Assembly (NCBI RefSeq): GCF_009914755.1
Contig: NC_060925.1
DNA: 64,000 nt
From: the human T2T-CHM13v2.0 reference genome, Homo sapiens
Strand: one strand, 5' to 3'
Shown: positions 13,095-25,990 of the stretch, piece after piece
Layout: every line of letters begins with the position of its first letter
How positions within the stretch are numbered: position 1 is the stretch's first letter
Translations under genes and position numbers: made by a program
Notes under the pieces: generated by a model
What the model was told of the DNA's origin: nothing
Databases searched by the model: none
Seen by the model: only the letters and a program-made list of their open reading frames with translations

Positions 13095-13252
13095 TAAAAC
13101 TGAGACAGTCATGCCCATTTGTTTGCATATTTTGTATGACTGCTTGGAGTTTTGAAAGCAGAGTTCAGTAGTTGCAGCAGAGATCATATGGGCTGCAAAG
13201 CAAAAAACAATTTACTATCTTACCCTTTACAGAAAAAGTTCAGACCCCTAGT
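13095..13252. mobile_element. MER58A hAT MITE fragment
   Basis: gcagagttcagtagttgcagcagagatcatatggg...tttactatct...ccctttacagaaaaagtt. Confidence 0.8.
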
Positions 13253-14799
13253 TTAAATGATAAAACCATGCTTTTTAAAGTATCAGACTAAGCACACAAC
13301 CCACCTAAGCAATCTTCCCTAAGCAGTTCTTTTCAAATTTTTATGACATTATTTTTGTTATAACAATTACCAAAGGCATAGTTACCTATGTTTTACACTT
13401 TTCTCTTACCAAGCAAAGTTGTTATGTTGTGCTTTTTAAATTTCATTTTTTTCCCTCTTTCAATCCTTTCTACTTGAAAACTCATCTACTAAACTAGTTA
13501 AATAAAATACTAGAATTCGATGTCAAGCCCATAGCTCCTCTTAAATTTCTACTGACAATAAATTGCATTTGTGTTATGACATTCCTCATAATAGCCAAGT
13601 GTTAGAACAGCAGATAAAATATCAGAAGACATCAAATAAACAGCTTTATGTAGAAAAATCCCGAAGTATTCCTTTAAGTTCAGGAGGTGAATGGATATTC
13701 TAGATAATGAAGCAACATTTCAGAAAGGTGTTTTTTTTTTGTCTTTCTTCTAAAATAAGTACCCACTTTATGAGTTTAAATGATCCTATACAATTATCTT
13801 GAACAAAATATTTTATTTTAAAGGCTAGAAACTTTCCTCCACTTACACATTAATTTTATTGTTGCCATTTAATATGCCTGGAAATTTAAAATTAAGAATG
13901 TTAATACAATTATATCCTAAGAAATAATTGAGTTGTAATACATCAGCCTCTTCAAAAATTTTCTATCAAATGAGAATCAGTTGGAACAACTAAATGCTTA
14001 AGTGCTCTTGATTAATGTTTAAGAATCTCTGTGACTACATTTAAATATATGTGTATTATGAAAACATTATATGAAATCAGCTCTGATTTGAAATAAAGAT
14101 TTGGGGAAGGGCACTTATGCCTCCACTTTCACCTTATATTATAGTATAACAAAAAGGTAGCTTTTTGGTGGAAAATGTAGACCATTAGAACCATGTGATA
14201 AAATTTAAACCCACTGATTATTTGCATGGCCTCCAAATTGAATTTGATTTAATTATAATATTCATGTATTTTGGAAGTGATTTAAAATCATTTTATATAT
14301 GTACACGTATAATTATATATGTGTACATATATTATATATAAAATTATTTTTATATGTACACATCAGATATTCAACTATTTTAGTGCAGATAATTCTGGGT
14401 ATTATATAAATTAATGAGACATATTTTCTGCCATCAAGGAGCTTATAATCTTTGGAAAAAGATAAAGTATATATAAAAATAATCATTCCCTCATTCAACA
14501 AATATTTAGTCTGTTACTTGCTATATACTTGGCACTGTCTGTGACTGAGGCCTGAGGAAGGCAACAGTACACAACGTAATCCTGCCTTCGTGGTATGTAA
14601 TATACAAAAACCTGAATAAAAAAAGTTGTAGGAGAAGAAACAAATATGCTAAGAAAAATTAAAGTAGAAAAAAATAAATTGTGGCTGATAGCGCAGGAGT
14701 CGGGGCTAGAAATACTTCATGGAAGATGAGGCCAATGAAATGGACCCCAAAGGATGGTGGAACTTAACACATAAACAAATGCCTTCCTGATGACTGAAA

Positions 14800-15320
14800 A
14801 ATTTCACCTCTAGGTATATACTCTAAGAAAAGAAAGCATATATTCACAAAAAGACTCACAAGAATATTCATATTTGCTTTATCCATAGTAGCTCAAATCT
14901 GGGCACAATCCTAAGATTAATGAAGAAGGGAATAGGTAAGTAATTTGTGTTATGTCTACACAATAAAAGTAAATGAGCTACTGGTACATGCACTATAAAC
15001 ATGTGGAATGTTTATGGATGAATCTCATAAACGTGTTAAACAAGTCAGACACAAAAGAGTGCACACCGAATGATTTCATTTGTATGAAATTCTAGAACAG
15101 ACAAAGCTGATCTACAGTGATAGAAATCAGAATATTTTTTACCTCAATGTATAGTGGTAAATTATCTGGAAAGGGGGCATGAGAGAAGTTTCTAGAGTGA
15201 TGAAAATGTTCTATATCTTTATCTGGATGATAATTATATAGATGTGAATAGGTGTACATGTTTGCCAAAATTCATAGAGCATTTATGCATTTTACTACAC
15301 GTAAGTTGCGCTTCAGTAAG
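14800..15320 (+). mobile_element. L1ME-like 3' end
   Basis: atggatgaatctca...agtcagacacaaaagagt...tgatgaaaatgttctatatctt. Confidence 0.8.
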
Positions 15321-16089
15321 ATTCTCCTAGTATAAAAAAGAACAGCAAGTGGTCCATTTGGTTGGAGTTTTGGACCTATAACAACATAGAGATTTTAATA
15401 TAAGAATAGAAACTGTAATAAGGAACATGAAAGCAATTATTTTTACTCGTTCCTGTTTTATATGAAATAAAGTAAGAGGCAATATAAACTGCTGAAAGGA
15501 GCAGAAGTTGAAAAGTTAAGCAGAGAGAAAAGTTAGGAAGAGCTGACTATGGAAGGGGATTATGACAAGCTGGTAAAATCAACTCTTTATTTCATTTTCT
15601 ATGGTGTTTCAATGGGATTCATGTTAGTTTAAACAAGGCATGTAGACTGATGTGCTCAGTTGACTAGATCATGGGGAAAAATGAGTCCCATTGATGCAAA
15701 GACTTGACTTGAAGAAAAACAAACTAGCAGATAAATAAATCATGGACCATTTGACAAGAGCTCCTTGTGTTGTTGCTTAATGTTCTTCCTAGATATAAAT
15801 CAAATTTCATTGCACTTGGTGACTTTTCTTCATTGATTATAGTGTGGAGTTGGTCTTATTTCTACTTACTGTGTTTTATTTTCTCATTTTTCAACTGGTT
15901 TCAGAGAAGAAAGTGGAGCAGAAATAAATGCGTTTACTCCTTCATTTTTAATGAGAAGTCTCCAGAAGTAATTTTTATATTAGCATTTTCTCAGTGCAGG
16001 GTGCAGAAGCATGTTGGAGCTACTTATGATATCAATTCATGCTAGTACTGCTTATGGCGAATGTTCCTGATGTGCCTTCTTTAAAATGT

Positions 16090-16185
16090 TAAGGAGACAC
16101 CTGAAATGCCAAATTTGGAGCTAAGGAGACACCTGAAATGCCAAATTTGGAGCTAAGGAGACACCTGAAATGCCAAATTTGGAGC
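16090..16185. repeat. Perfect tandem repeat, 3 x 32 bp
   Basis: taaggagacacctgaaatgccaaatttggagc at 16090, 16122 and 16154 with no mismatch. Confidence 0.99.
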
Positions 16186-16204
16186 TGAATAGATCTGTGT
16201 GTCT

Positions 16205-16603
16205 GTATCAGTCTTCTGAGACTGCCCATAACAAAACACCATAGACTGGGTGGCTTAACCAGCAAACATTTATTTCTCACAGTTCTCAAGACTGGAAGAC
16301 TGAGCTCGGGGTGCCAGCCTGGTTGTTTAGGTTCTCTTTGACTTACAGAGGGTCTTCTTTAAATTTTTATTTATTTATTTTTCTGTATCCTGCATAGTGA
16401 AGAGAGAGAGAAAGACACAGAGAGAGGACAAACTCTCTGGTCTCTTCCTGTAAGGGCACTAATCCCATCATGAGAAGTCCACCCTCATGACCTCATTGAA
16501 ACCAAATTACCTCCGAAAGCCACCATCTCCAAATATCATCACATTAGAGATTAGGGCTTCAACATGTGAATTTTAGGGGGAGGCAAACATCCAGTCCATA
16601 ACA
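16205..16603 (-). mobile_element. MLT1A-type MaLR solo LTR
   Basis: TG...CA ends; cataacaaaacaccatagactgggtggcttaa...aagggcactaatcccatcatgag...cagtccataaca. Confidence 0.88.
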
Positions 16604-16910
16604 GTAGTCTTCAGTACGTTTTCTTGGTTTCGACTTTCTCAGCTGTAAAATGAACATGTCCAACTGTCACCTGGAGGGTTGTTTTGAAAACTAGAAATGA
16701 TATATGTAACGTGGCTATGAACAAGTATCAACTATAACTACTAATTGGTGAGTTTATTGAAGTCTTTTTATAACAATAAAGCTTGAATATTATACCTACA
16801 CTCTATAGTCTTTCAATTTGATTTGGCTTTGGTGATTACTAAAATATATTTTATCTACTAAAGAGATTATCCTTTTTTTTGGCTAGAACATTAGTTATAT
16901 ATTCCAGAGC

Positions 16911-17112
16911 AAAGGTCAGCAAACTTTTTATGTAGAGGGCCAGATAATACATATGTTAAGGCTTTGAAGGCTATTCAGTCTCTGTGACATCTACTCAACA
17001 AAGTCATTGTAGTAGAAAAGCAGAGGACATGGCCATGTTCCAGTAAAACATCATTTACAAAAACAAGTAACAGCCCATATTTGGCCAGTGGGTTATATTT
17101 TGCTGACTCCGT
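16911..17112. mobile_element. MER58A hAT MITE
   Basis: ggtcagcaaacttttt...gggccagata...tttgctgactcc termini. Confidence 0.82.
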
Positions 17113-17926
17113 GTTTCAGAAAATGGCAGTTTCAATATTACATGACACTTGTTACCTATTTGTCATTTACTTACCTCATGATTATCTCTAATGATTTCAT
17201 GTTATATATGAAGTTGCTTACATTTTTGGCTAGTATTTGAAAGAATTTTTATAGCCTTAAAAGTGTTTATCAAAATGTCCCTTACAGATCATTTACCTAA
17301 ATACCTCAAAGAAATGATAAACAGAAAAAATGCATTCATGACATAATAGAGATCAGCTCTTTCTATCCCAAGCTAAAACAATAATAACTTGTGAATCACT
17401 ACTTAGTAAAAGTTGTATATCTGTGTAAAATGTTGTATAAATTTTCATGTATATAGGTCCTAAGGATTTTTCTCTTAGAGGGCTATTTTAAGGGAGGTTG
17501 CTTTTTAGTGGATGTTGGATTTCTAATTGTATTTGGATTAATCTGAATCCTGAAAATAAAAGATTGTGCCAGACTAGGTAAGGAGAATCCATGTACACAG
17601 GCCCCTCTTCAGTCCTGTCTGCCATCTCTAACTTATTGAACTTGAGAAATTCTAGCAGATATTTAATAGAGAATACATACTCAGCATGCTGTGTTGTAAG
17701 ATAAGCAATCACTAAGAGATACATTTCAGTGATGGGGGGAAAATAACACAGACATACATAAATGTCTCTCTTAGACCATTCCTATGTCTTTCCTAACAAT
17801 GATTCCATTATCAGATAATCTCTCAGATAGTGATGCCTATAATATTGTTTATAAAGACATGTCCTTGTCTGTTTTCCTTTCATCACAGGATAATGGAAGT
17901 AAACCAAGGAGGTATACGTGTGGGAT

Positions 17927-18311
17927 TGTGTCCGGAATTGGTGGGTTCTTGGTCTCACTGACTTCAAGAATGAAGCCGCGGACCCTCGCGGTGAGTGTTA
18001 CAGCTCTTAAGGTGGCGCGTCTGGAGTCTGTCCCTTCTGATGTTCAGATGTGTTCGGAGTTTCTTCCTTCTGGTGGGTTCGTGGTCTCGCTGGCTCACAC
18101 GCAGCCCCGGTTCCCGCTCTCGCCTCTCCCTCCACACCTCCCTACAAGCTGAGGGAGCAGGCTCCAGCCTTGGCCAGCCCAGAAAGGGGCTCCCACAGTG
18201 CAGTGGTGGGCTGAAGGGCTCCTCCAATGCCGCCAAAGTGGGAGCCCAGGCACAAGAGGTGCCGAGAGAAAGCGAGGGCTCTGAGGACTGCCAGCACGCT
18301 GTCACCTCTCA
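17927..18311 (-). mobile_element. LTR12C-type (ERV9/HERV9) solo LTR, internally deleted
   Basis: Both termini present (tgtgtccggaattggtgggttcttggtctc and gccagcacgctgtcacctctca); flanks ggat/ggac as an imperfect 4-bp TSD; only 385 bp. Confidence 0.93.
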
Positions 18312-19399
18312 GGACTGGGTTTGGTAGATTGTCATTGACATTTTTTACATTCGTAGCTACAAAACCTAGTATTTGTTACTCTTGTTTCCTTTGTATAGAT
18401 TGCCCAAGACTGTGGTATCAAACTGGACTTTAACAATATAATACGCCACTGATCTCTCAGGTTTATTTAGCTGAAGTGTCATTTGTATCCTTTAATATAA
18501 ATATGCTCTTTGGATAGTTTTTTTGTATTATCATAGTAATTACTACAGTGCTATGCACATAACAGTATTCTAATAAATACTTATAACTCAATAAATGCTT
18601 ATAGATTACCCTTATAATCTATAGGGCTAGGCTACTAATTTATATAAGACCTAGTGCTAACATGCTTACTTGGTAGACTGTCATTTTTAGACTTTAACAC
18701 ATAACAGGCAGAAATCAACTATTGCATATAAAGTGCTTCCATATTTTTGTGCTCAAGCACACCTGTGAAAACAACCATAAGAATCTCCACAAACATTAAT
18801 GTATTAGTCACAAGAATAGTTTTAGTGCACATTAAGCTTTCAAGACAAATGTAGTTTATTCCTATGTTTAGTAAGATGGAAATATCATCACTCAAATTGC
18901 ACAGCATCAATTAGGAGATTTTTTTTTACTTAATTCTGATGTACAAGAAAATGTGGTTAGTGTTTTATAAGTGACGGTAGCTGAGAGAGTGCCTTTTCAT
19001 CCTTGAGTTAGTATTAATGGAGTAAGGAAGAGCAGGCATAGGTACATGTATCTCCTAAACTGAGACAGTTCCTTCAGCAAGTATTTGCATGCCCTTTATG
19101 TGCTCGGCATTGCATTAATTGCTGGAAATTCAACTGGAAGAAAGACATAAAACCAAGCTCCTGGCCCTCTTGGAGCCCACCATCTTATAGGTGAGACAGT
19201 GGATGCCTGGGTTACTGGCCTCATACAGACATAGAGGAATAAAGATGGTATCTAGGAGAAAGTGACATTTTAAACTGGAACATAGATTTACAACTTCATA
19301 AAGAAAAAATCTGATGACATTGTCAGAAACTCACAATGAAAGCATAAATCAAGAGGGTTAGACCTGCTACAAAGAAATGCTGAGGGTTTCCTTTATGGC

Positions 19400-19580
19400 T
19401 GGGCACCTTGCTAGATGTACCATATCAGTTAGCTCATTTACTCTTCACAACAATGCTCTGCAGTTTGTCTGATTCTTCATATTTTATAGATGAGAAAACA
19501 GGCTGTGAGAGGTAGAGTAATTTGCTCTAGTAACAGCCAATAAGTGGGAAAGCCAGGACTGGAGGCAAATCTCTCTGTCC
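19400..19580 (-). mobile_element. MIR SINE
   Basis: ctcatttactcttcacaacaa...cattttatagatgagaaaacaggctgtgagagg. Confidence 0.78.
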
Positions 19581-19821
19581 CCAGCTGTGGTCATGAGCAG
19601 CATGAAGTCAGGGGAGGCATCCAAAGAAATAAATGCCTCCGTCTCAGAACCAGTCTGTTGAGTTCAGAATTTTAAAAGGGCATGTATAAAATGAAACTAG
19701 GCAAGGTATCAAGCACAAATACAAAGAAACAGCATACACTTTTAAGTGTATCCTGACCTGGAAATCCCAAAAGAAAGGCTAACTCAACAGAATAAACTGG
19801 TTTATAGAAAAGGCCAGAATT

Positions 19822-20144
<323 letters not shown>

Positions 20145-20159
20145 CTAGAATGTCATTCC

Positions 20160-20250
20160 TGTAGAATGTAAACTCCATGAAGGCAGGGATTTGTGACACT
20201 TTTGATTAGTGCTGTATTCACCTAGAATGGTGTCTGGCATTTAGACAGTT
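20160..20250 (+). mobile_element. L2 3' end fragment
   Basis: tagaatgtaaactccatgaaggcagggattt...cctagaatggtgtctggca. Confidence 0.75.
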
Positions 20251-20279
20251 GTCACTACAACCTTAGTCTCAACACAATC

Positions 20280-20880
20280 ACCAATTTCAATGAGTTGTCT
20301 CTTGATAACCTTACAGACAAGATGGAGAAATGTGATTCATCAACTAAAACCACTAAAATCAAAGAGATTTGATTAATGCATTGATATAAAAATGAATGGA
20401 TTCTCTAGGTTTGTCCCACAGAAACCTCTTGGCACTATACTGATCAATTTTTTCACAAAATTCCTAGACAGTCTCTTCCTTGTAGTATAATTTAGTGTAT
20501 AGAACACAGCTTGAAATGACAGGTGAAGAGTATTTGTAGGTTCTAAAAGTCTCTACAATCTCTAGTTGCTTATAATCATTTACTGCAATGGGATTAAAAT
20601 ATAGAAGGAATGCATGTAAAATATGTGGGCAACACACATCTTGGAAGGATGGACCAGCCAATTATTGTATTGGATGAATGAGGAATCAAAAATGTCACAA
20701 TAGCCTAGCAGGTTGGTCTGAAATCACTGAAGATTTGTAAAAATATAAGATGGAGAAAAATGTGTTTTGACAGTATTTTATGTGAAATATTTTTGGGAAC
20801 TAGTGACTGTAACTCATTAAAAGCCTATTATACGAACTGACTGTTCAAATTAATAAAATGTTTTTAATTAATAAAAAGCA
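20280..20880 (+). mobile_element. L3/CR1-like relic, interrupted
   Basis: Weak resemblance to CR1 reverse-transcriptase region (gacaagatggagaaatgtg...gtcccacag...ctgatcaattttt). Confidence 0.35.
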
Positions 20881-21097
20881 AAAGAGATAGATCCATGTAG
20901 GTAAAAGACCCACTATACTAACTCCAGGAAGATGCTAGCCATGGTGGTGTGTCCCTGCCAAGGAGTTCTGCATCAAGAGGGGCATTTATGCAAAATGAGG
21001 ATATAAACCTACCTGTAACGTGAATCTTACCTGATTAGGGCACTATTCTGTTCGACTCTCCCTGTCTAGAGTTTGGCTTCTCCAACTTATTTTTTCC

Positions 21098-21500
21098 TTT
21101 TTTAACAATATACTTTTTACCTTTTATAGCAGTTTTACATTCACAGCATATCTGGCAGAAAGTATACAGAGTTTCCATATACCCTCTGTGCCCACACATG
21201 TACAACCTCCCCGACTACCAGCATCTCCCTCCACAGTGGTACATTTGTTATAACTGGCGAACTTGTATGGACACACTATTATCACCCAAAGTCCACGGTT
21301 TACATTAAAGCTCACTCTTAGTGTTGTACATTGTATGGGTTTTGAGAAATACGTAGTGACGTGTATCTACCATTATACTTTCATATAAGGTATTTTTGCT
21401 GCCCTAAAAACCCTCTGTGCTCTGCCTATTGATTTCTCCTTCTCACTAATCCCTGTTAGTCACTGATCTTTTGACTGTTTTTATGGTTTTGCCTCTTCCA
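21098..21500 (-). mobile_element. L1MC1-like 3' end
   Basis: agcagttttacattcacagca...agtggtacatttgtta...tatcacccaaagtccacggtttacatta. Confidence 0.85.
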
Positions 21501-21665
21501 CAATCAATTCATTGCTCACACTGTGGCCAGAGTAATCTTTTTAAGATGATAACCTTCTCATTCACTCCCTTAACTCTCCATTGCTCAGAGTCATGTCTAA
21601 ACCCTGTGCTGGTCTGGCAGTGAATGAGGCATTCAAGTTCTCTTTTTTCATGGAGACTAATCTTA

Positions 21666-21700
21666 TCTCTCTCTCTCTCTGGGTGTGTGTGTGTGTGTGT
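21666..21700. repeat. (TC)n-(TG)n compound microsatellite within L2 fragments
   Basis: Direct read. Confidence 0.9.
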
Positions 21701-22108
21701 AGGAGGAGGACCAGTCAATAAACAATGACACTAACAAATAATAAGATGAGCTCATGTGGCAGTAAGTACTACACAGATGATGAAAGTGTAATAGGATAGG
21801 GAGCAATTGGAGCACGGGCAGCTTTTCTTCCAAAGGTGGAAGATTTGGGCTGAGAGGTGAATTGCCAGCAGTTAGCCATGAGAAGCTCTTGGTGATGAGT
21901 CCTCCAGGCACAGGAAAGAACAAGCGCAAAGGCCCTGGGGAGACACTTTGGTTAGGTTTAGGGAACAGAAGGAGGCCAGTATTCTGGAGAGTGATCAGTA
22001 GGGGCTATGGTATAACCAACATTTTGAATAGCATCAATGGAAGAGAAAAAGAGAGATAGCATTTATTAAACCTTTTAATTTATGTTACTGCTTTTAATTT
22101 TGAAGATC

Positions 22109-22453
22109 CATTTGGCCCTATGTATCCATGGGTTCTGCATCTGTAGTTTCAACCAACTGTAGATTTAAAAATATTTGAAAAAGAAAAAAGGGATGGTTGT
22201 ATTTGAACATGTACAGACTTTTTTTCTTGTCACGATTCCCCTAAACAATAGAGTACAAATAACTATTTACATAGCATTTACATTGTGTCAGACATGATAG
22301 GTAATTTAGCGATGATTTAAAATGTATGAGAGGAGGTGTGTAGGTTATATGCAAATACTATGCCATTTTATAACAGAGACTTGAGCATCTGCAGATTTTG
22401 GTGTCTGTTGGGATCCTGGAACCAATCTCACCATGGGTACTGAGGGATGACTG
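22109..22453. mobile_element. MER2 Tigger-derived MITE
   Basis: ggccctatgtatccatgggttctgcatc...gaaccaatctcaccatgggtactgagggatgactgTA. Confidence 0.9.
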
Positions 22454-24213
22454 TATTTGAAATTATCCCTTTCTACCAGATGAAAACAAAAGAAAAGAAG
22501 ATCATATAAATTAAATAACTTGCCATGGTTCTCACAATTAGTAGCAGTAGATGTGGGATCTGAACTCAATTATGTCTGATTTCAGACATACCCCCACCTT
22601 TATGTAATTTCCTTGGTAAAAGTATTAATGTTTATCTCTGCTGAAGAGCTTTCCTTGGGTATCTTTTATTCATGTTTATTTGCATAGCAGTTATTTCTTT
22701 TTATATTTGTGATATCCTTCCATTTTAGAAAGTAAACTACCAGGAGTCATGAACCCTGCCACTTGTACCCAACCCATCAGGAGTGCCAGTGAGTGATAAA
22801 TAAAGGAATCAATGTGCCTCTCAGCAGAACCTACCTCTCTTGTGATAAGGGAGACTTTTAGGGCTTGTGAGATAATGGCTTACTATATGTAATCTTAGTT
22901 TATATTCTAGTTTTCCTTGATGATGTCAAAGAGTGTAGCAGTATATGTCAAACAGAGAGTCGTACATTTTAAAGAGATGTCTATGTTCTTTAGGTAAAAT
23001 AACCCCTTTAAACTTTTTAAAATAAAACAATAAGGCATAAGATATACTGAGGTATGGTGGTTTAACTGTAAGATATACAGATATGGTGGTCTGTCAAATT
23101 ATCACAATATAAAAGCACACACACACAAAGAGTGCCATGAAGACTGCCCTGCCTCATAAACTGCTGAGGTTGCCAGGAAATGATTAAAAAACAAAGGTGA
23201 ACCTTCAGGTTGGAGTCTTCCATATTTCCCTTCCTAAAGATAACCCTCATTTCTTGCATTTGAATTTGTTAATGTTCAATGAAGTTCATAAAAATAACAA
23301 TAATTAATAGAATAGTTTAGATATAGTGCCTGGACCATGCACTTTGGTCTTGAAAAAACCTCTCATGTTTCTCTTTTGTCAAATAAAGAATGCAGTGTTT
23401 CTTCATGACAGGCCGTAATCATGTAGGGTTGTTTTGTATTATGTTTAATTATGTATAGTCACTTGCTGCCTGAGCTGAGGTGCCCTGGCTTTGTGCAGAA
23501 GTATCAAGGTGGAAAGGGAAGGCAGAAATTTTGGCTGGGAAAATTAGCTGTGCAGCAATGAAACCAAACCGTTGAATTGAACATTTGGTGACTAGCTTGT
23601 GGACTGTATTATAGGAACATACAATGAAAGCAACCACAGTAAAAGTACTGTAGAAAAAATAGCAGGATAAAAAAAAAAGTAGTAAAGACAATCCAAGGAC
23701 TATGAGGCGAAATGGCAAAATAGGAAACTGCCCAGGCAGCGTGGATATGTAAACAGGACAGAAAGAATAAAATGTGTAAGCCAGGTGCAAGAAGCCAATC
23801 TGGAGGGCAAAATAGCTAGGCAAACAGGTTAGAATTTACACAGGAAGACTGAGAACAAAGCTGAGAGTAGTCGAGAGGGAAGTGGAGAGATAGATTAAAG
23901 TCATGTCAACAGATAGGAAGTAATAGAAGCACTAGATCAAAGCAGCCTCCATGATGGAATAGCAGAGCAGGGAATGAAAAATAAGAGAAGCTTAGGTGTG
24001 TGACCAATTTCTGATTTCTTGTCTCTCAACTTGTTTTGTTCTTGGTAACAGATCTAACAATAAAGCCAAACATTTCAATGCTTCATTTAAAAATGTGATT
24101 CCAAAGAACAAGCTTCTAAAAACAAATGGAAGATTGTCTGTTTCAAAATAGGTCACCCTATGTATGGTCACTTTAGCAATAGCTTATAACCCATCTTGAA
24201 TTTTCTGTGTTTT

Positions 24214-24238
24214 TGTTGTTGTTGTTGTTGTTGTTGTT
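24214..24238. repeat. (GTT)n microsatellite
   Basis: Direct read. Confidence 0.9.
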
Positions 24239-25225
24239 ATGTTCCCTCTGCCTTTAGCAAGGCCTTTTGCATTTTGTCAGATGGTGTATTGTGAGGCTGC
24301 AAAGTGCAGTAGACAACAGCCTGGCTTTTGATTTGAGTGCTATAGCTTTTGTTACTTAAAGTACTAAAGCATTATTAGATAGTCAGATTGATCGATCAAA
24401 TGGTCTTAGAGTTGGGGAAGGGGGTGAAGTGGGAAGTGGTTCTGGTTCGTGCTTTAGAGCTGATTGCTCTCAGATAGTTATTTTCTCAAGGCTTTTTTGT
24501 TTTTTCTTTTTTTTTTCTCTGTGGTAATAACCACAAAACATGCAATCTGTTGGTGTATCTCATTTTATTGCATTGCAGATTTTAAGTGTTCCTGTAGTCT
24601 CATATATAAATCACTTATACTTTTGTATGACATTTACTGTTTTTAAACTCAACATAAGTTGCTGCATGACAAGATAATTGACAAGCCTACGTTATACTGG
24701 CAAATGACTGCAATAGATACTGGCATCCTTTGCTCTGCCTTTCTCTTGCCTGCCTATTGCCAATCACTCAGCTGCTTTGACAGGGAAGTTCCACAAACAA
24801 CAGCAGTAATCACCATTGTTCATATCCAGGAACAAACTTAGGGAGATTCTGATGCTTGTTCTTGAATCGGCCAAATGCCAATCTGATGAAAGCAACTTGG
24901 CATCTTATTTAATAAGGGAGAAATGATTGTGTGGGACAGATGGGGTTTTATTTCAGCAAGAATGGGTTTCATGCTGTTTTGTGTAGCTTAGGATTCATAT
25001 GTTTGTCATGTCCAGGTGTGCTTTCCTTCTTGTTGTAACACATTTTCTTACACATTTCATCGTTCACAGAAGTGTGCCTTCACTTGCTCTCCAACTGTGG
25101 ATCTGGATTCTCCACTGCCAGAAGTCATGGATGAAGGACCATCCTCAGGGGTACTAAAGAGATTTTTTTTTCTCCAAAGACTGCAACTTCAGTCTATAGA
25201 CTCTCCCAATGTTCTCGCTCTCTCT

Positions 25226-25524
25226 CTTTTTTTCTTTCTTTTTTTTTTTAGATAGGGTCTCACTCTGTCAACTGGGTTGAAGTGCCGCAGCATCATCGTG
25301 GCTCCCTGCAGCCTCGACCTCCTGGGGCCAAGCAATCCTCCTACCTCAGCCTCCCAAGTAGCTGGAATTACAGGCACACACCACCATACCCAGCTAATTT
25401 TTGTAGCGATTTGGTGGTTTTGCCATGTTGCCCAGGCTGATCTTGAATGTCTGGGCTCAAGTGATCCACCCTCTTTGGTCTCCCAAAGTGCTGGCATTAA
25501 AGGCATGAGACACAGTGCCTGGTC
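25226..25524 (-). mobile_element. AluJ
   Basis: Antisense dimer with J diagnostics (AGGGTCTCAC, GCAGCCTCGACCTCCTGGG, GGGCTCAAGTGATCC). Confidence 0.93.
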
Positions 25525-25832
25525 CCAATATTTTTTCTTTTCCAGCTATAGCAGGTCAAAAAAATGTTATTTGAATAACCAGCTTTAATGAGACCTGTTA
25601 TGCTGTGGGGGTGGGAGGTACAGTCTCAGGGTTATGATCAGGAAAATGTTTAACAATGAGATGTCAAACTGCTCTGCTGAAAGAGTTACGAGGGCTTTGT
25701 GGGTGGGGAGGCGGGTGCTAAACCGCCTGCTGGGAGAGGAGGAGGTCAGAGGAGAGCAGGAAGGAGGTCCCAACATGATGGACTGCACAGGAGAAAAGAG
25801 ACCTGAAGGAAAACTACGTGGAAAGGTAGTCA

Positions 25833-25990
<158 letters not shown>

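Noticed and set aside
14295-14332. AT-rich 12-bp inverted repeat (atatatgtacac / gtgtacatatat)
   Set aside because: Low-complexity (TA)n-derived sequence is self-complementary by nature.
16090-16185. 32-bp repeats with an internal palindrome, superficially CRISPR-like
   Set aside because: No spacers, no cas genes, primate context; a simple tandem repeat.
17784-18433. Cluster of 110-122 aa ORFs on both strands
   Set aside because: GC-rich LTR12C sequence is stop-poor; no protein-like features.
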